Below, one piece after another: positions 62,301 through 64,000 of a DNA stretch of 64,000 bases. Positions within the stretch are counted from its first letter, which is position 1. Every line of letters starts with the position of its first letter. The notes below the pieces were generated by a model that saw nothing but the letters and a program-made list of their open reading frames with translations, made no database searches and was not told the origin of the DNA. The translations under genes were made by a program, and so were the position numbers. Source of the DNA: a virus (lineage: Duplodnaviria; Caudoviricetes); the IMG/VR virus record IMGVR_UViG_3300023174_000037. One strand, 5' to 3'.

Positions 62301-64000
62301 ATGTCTACAACACCTTGTAAACTGTTTCCAATATCATCCCAATCACGTGACCCATCATTGCCGCCGCCACCGGTCATGTAGGGCCAGTCTAAACCGTACT
62401 CACTGGCCACATCACTCATGTAGCGTAGGCCCGCATCATCAAAGAAACCAGAGTCGTCATCTATCTGATAATTGTCGCGGAAATCATCCAGTGCGGCATC
62501 CCAGTTTGCACCTTCTTTTCTTACTTCGTCGGCTACTAGATCATCCAATAGGCCTTCGGCTTCGCTTTGTGCATCTAGGTATTTTTCATACAGGGGATTT
62601 TCTTTTGCGTAGGCTTGCTGTTCGCTTGATCGGGTAAATTTAGGAGCAGTTTCTCCAGCTTTGATAATTTCATTTATTTCTTCATCTGACAAGTCCAACA
62701 AGGCCAACTGTTTTTGTATCTCGTCGTCCTCATCCCAATCACCTTCGTCAACCAGCACTTTACGAATCAAATCTTCGGCTTCGTCTCTAAATTCTCGAGT
62801 CATTTGTTCGTCGTACCACTCGTAATAGGCTTCATCCAACTGTTCTTGTAGTCGTGCTTCTTGCCTAGAACTTAGTCCACCATATTCGCCGTTGTTAAAG
62901 AAGTCTATAATCTGACTGATACTGCGAACACGTTCGTCGGCATCATAGTCGGGTTCCATTTCGTAATCACTGTCACCATTGTTGGTGGTGTCACGGAAGA
63001 TCAACTCAGCTTCAAATCCGGCACGTATACCTTCGGCTTCTGGACTAGTGGCCCATTTCATCAGGGCCGACGGTGACATTTTAACTTCGTCCAACTGTTC
63101 ACTTTCGGCCAAGGCAAACAGTTTCTTTTCTGCTACCTGCTTGTTGAACATTGTATAACTACGCAAGAATTCTTTTTCTTGTCGTGTAAGTTCGCGGCCT
63201 TGTTGGACTTTGGCCACTAAAAATTTATAATAGTCTGCTTTGTCACGATTCTTGGATACCGGTGCTTGAATATTTTCTTTAAACTGCGCCAGCTCTAATG
63301 CTAATTTTTCAAACAGGCCATTGGCCTTGGCAATCTGCGGAACGCCTTGCTTGTTTGTTTTGAGATTTAATTTGTTGGCTTCTTTGCCAATTTGTCCCGG
63401 CTTGATGTCCACTGTGAGTGCCATACTATAACGTGGATCCTTGGCCTGTTTCTTTGTGGGAATATAACCCGATGCACCTTCGTTGGTTGGCCCAGACGGC
63501 TTTTGCTGATTTTGTTTTTGTAGTTGATATAGCCGACTTTGATTTTGTGCGTTGACTTCACCGCGCTGAGCACGAATAAAATTGTTTAGTTCTTGAGCAA
63601 CGTCAGCTTGTATTACTGTGCTATTGTATTGTTTGGCATTGTAAAGAACACGAGCCGCATCCATTGGCCGCATGCCTTGTTGAGTAGCACAACCACTGAG
63701 ACTGCCTCCGCCGATGATGCAGGCACTTAATGCGGCCACAGCCGATCCTTTAAGGCCTTCATCAACATCTTCTTCGTGTAGGTTGTTGGCTTGTTTCTTT
63801 GTGGAAATGTAACTTGATGCTGATTCAGTGACAGAAAGTCCATGTTTTTGAATGAACTCTTGCATTTTGTTTTCAATCCATTGATCTTCTTGACCAGCCA
63901 TTCTTATTTTATATAGATTTTTGTCATTGTATTCATAGCGACTTTGGTCTTGAAAGTATTTGGAGATTTGTTCAAATGCAGCAAAAAGCTCTGGAGTCTT
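59363..64000 (-). CDS. Very large modular polyprotein with amidoligase-2-like and RelE-like modules; 5' end beyond the window
   Basis: The frame stays open from 63901 to 64000; DSSL, STGLH and YIEFRS motifs; x-x-E linkers. Confidence 0.75.
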   Translation of the reverse strand, partial: KTPELFAAFEQISKYFQDQSRYEYNDKNLYKIRMAGQEDQWIENKMQEFIQKHGLSVTESASSYISTKKQANNLHEEDVDEGLKGSAVAALSACIIGGGSLSGCATQQGMRPMDAARVLYNAKQYNSTVIQADVAQELNNFIRAQRGEVNAQNQSRLYQLQKQNQQKPSGPTNEGASGYIPTKKQAKDPRYSMALTVDIKPGQIGKEANKLNLKTNKQGVPQIAKANGLFEKLALELAQFKENIQAPVSKNRDKADYYKFLVAKVQQGRELTRQEKEFLRSYTMFNKQVAEKKLFALAESEQLDEVKMSPSALMKWATSPEAEGIRAGFEAELIFRDTTNNGDSDYEMEPDYDADERVRSISQIIDFFNNGEYGGLSSRQEARLQEQLDEAYYEWYDEQMTREFRDEAEDLIRKVLVDEGDWDEDDEIQKQLALLDLSDEEINEIIKAGETAPKFTRSSEQQAYAKENPLYEKYLDAQSEAEGLLDDLVADEVRKEGANWDAALDDFRDNYQIDDDSGFFDDAGLRYMSDVASEYGLDWPYMTGGGGNDGSRDWDDIGNSLQGVVDMPVKVSSNYHSTTRKEGQWIVEPDSSLSPDDREDYGLEIVSPPMPLLVALEKLQQVTDWANSTEGNAYTNDSTGLHMGVSVPYKGGDVDYLKLILFLGDEYVLQQFGREANTYTKSAMKSFRENLKSGRADPAGALKLMQHGLLELAQREIQKGVGQGKYTSAHIQDGYIEFRSAGGDWLAEESADPEKLQSTMLRYARAMQIAASASTDRREYAKKLYKLIAPEGDSQLALFSQYAAGELDKEQLKKLWAEKTLGNEKKINQYFKLYQKVNGVWTAVPGAEYRGFQEDEVKNRVWMKYGREALDSGEYQLVNMSDNQQWEVYDVKTGATLEIVQAANKGAAADKVFDKYLNQNIGFNVRPYVDPKTLTPRAKLAKRITDPKQQKPKQDTNERGVPYWEVYEKETGHVVHTFLSDTAADAKTDGKNWLKSVGAEQPDLFDVRPKTTDSAPTMTKAADANQAVDNAQDSADLQARLTGSIPEVPLDIEQNFPQDRTDGRNIDYSFRDLFGATNQASSAPPGNSFSGQWRILDTDTGQELYRFRGVGNSQADANRIASLWLQQNGPADADMTQIEVVPVMIESIDPALVNLLLEIDQGAWMLSESGNNVEIRKSSMFDQTVADKSNQLPNLPAKIQEFLAFKTDNPGRPWGKDTPFVAAGPLAKVPKLRHVHLTRDLSLFYSVDGRDPTVIKLYGVFDHKQSGTGTPANINRQKSLAKQLGNQFAVAESRIIDPEHVDVYYRPVPGSRGQRVVAKNIPVATLDALLQKLSDKYSVPVSSFEWTPTETINEAFDQPYAVEWRKQNGDWHATADLDDGSELIVLFMAQGDNSWMVEFERDENMEITGEGDASRVFATVLAAMQQFIAKRKPARLNFSAEKEDDPTGSRARLYDRMLRRYISGSGYDLERSDMPGGATYTLTKQASGVAENFADGKGPGRPGDSQRHGIPKGATMAQLEKAAKAPGRKGQLARWQINMRRGKKK

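Noticed and set aside
59363-63901. ATG at 63901 as the start of the giant ORF
   Set aside because: The frame stays open to the window edge, so the true start is upstream of 64000
1-64000. Stop-codon recoding (alternative genetic code), suggested by the large tRNA set
   Set aside because: No CTA, TTA or TCA suppressor tRNA was found, and known genes (polymerase, nadE, folE) are uninterrupted in code 11
1-64000. CRISPR array, integrase or IS element
   Set aside because: No regularly spaced direct repeats and no recombinase or transposase motifs were seen

Overview
The window is part of a large lytic dsDNA tailed-phage genome with T4-superfamily-like replication genes, AT-rich, with almost all genes on the minus strand and standard genetic code. 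The host is probably a (Beta)proteobacterium, inferred from the TorF porin, CspA, 7Fe ferredoxin and near-perfect sigma70 promoters. Four blocks are visible. (1) 1-12.2 kb is a translation/RNA region: 31 tRNA genes covering all 20 amino acids (including unusual Ser-ACT, Ile-TAT with a long extra arm, and short-arm Leu), a circularly permuted two-piece tmRNA with an atypical tag, several unannotated structured RNAs between the tRNAs, a leader-peptide/attenuator in front of the tRNA operon, an RpoZ-like gene and phosphatases. (2) 12-38 kb holds RNase H (5'-3' exonuclease), NadE, 7-deazaguanine genes (queE, queD, folE), a nucleotide-sugar/glycosyltransferase cluster, SGNH-like paralogs and an autotransporter-like lipoprotein. 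(3) 37-49 kb holds a DNA-modification/replication block (GT-B glycosyltransferase, QueD-like, DpdA/TGT-like, sliding clamp, family B DNA polymerase). (4) 49-64 kb holds mosaic proteins built from modules joined by hydrophobic-x-Glu linkers; these look like prohead-protease-processed, capsid-packaged polyproteins carrying GNAT, ParB, GH19, deaminase, amidoligase and RelE-like cargo, some with internal cryptic signal peptides. All family calls are by motif recognition from the sequence; no database searches were run.
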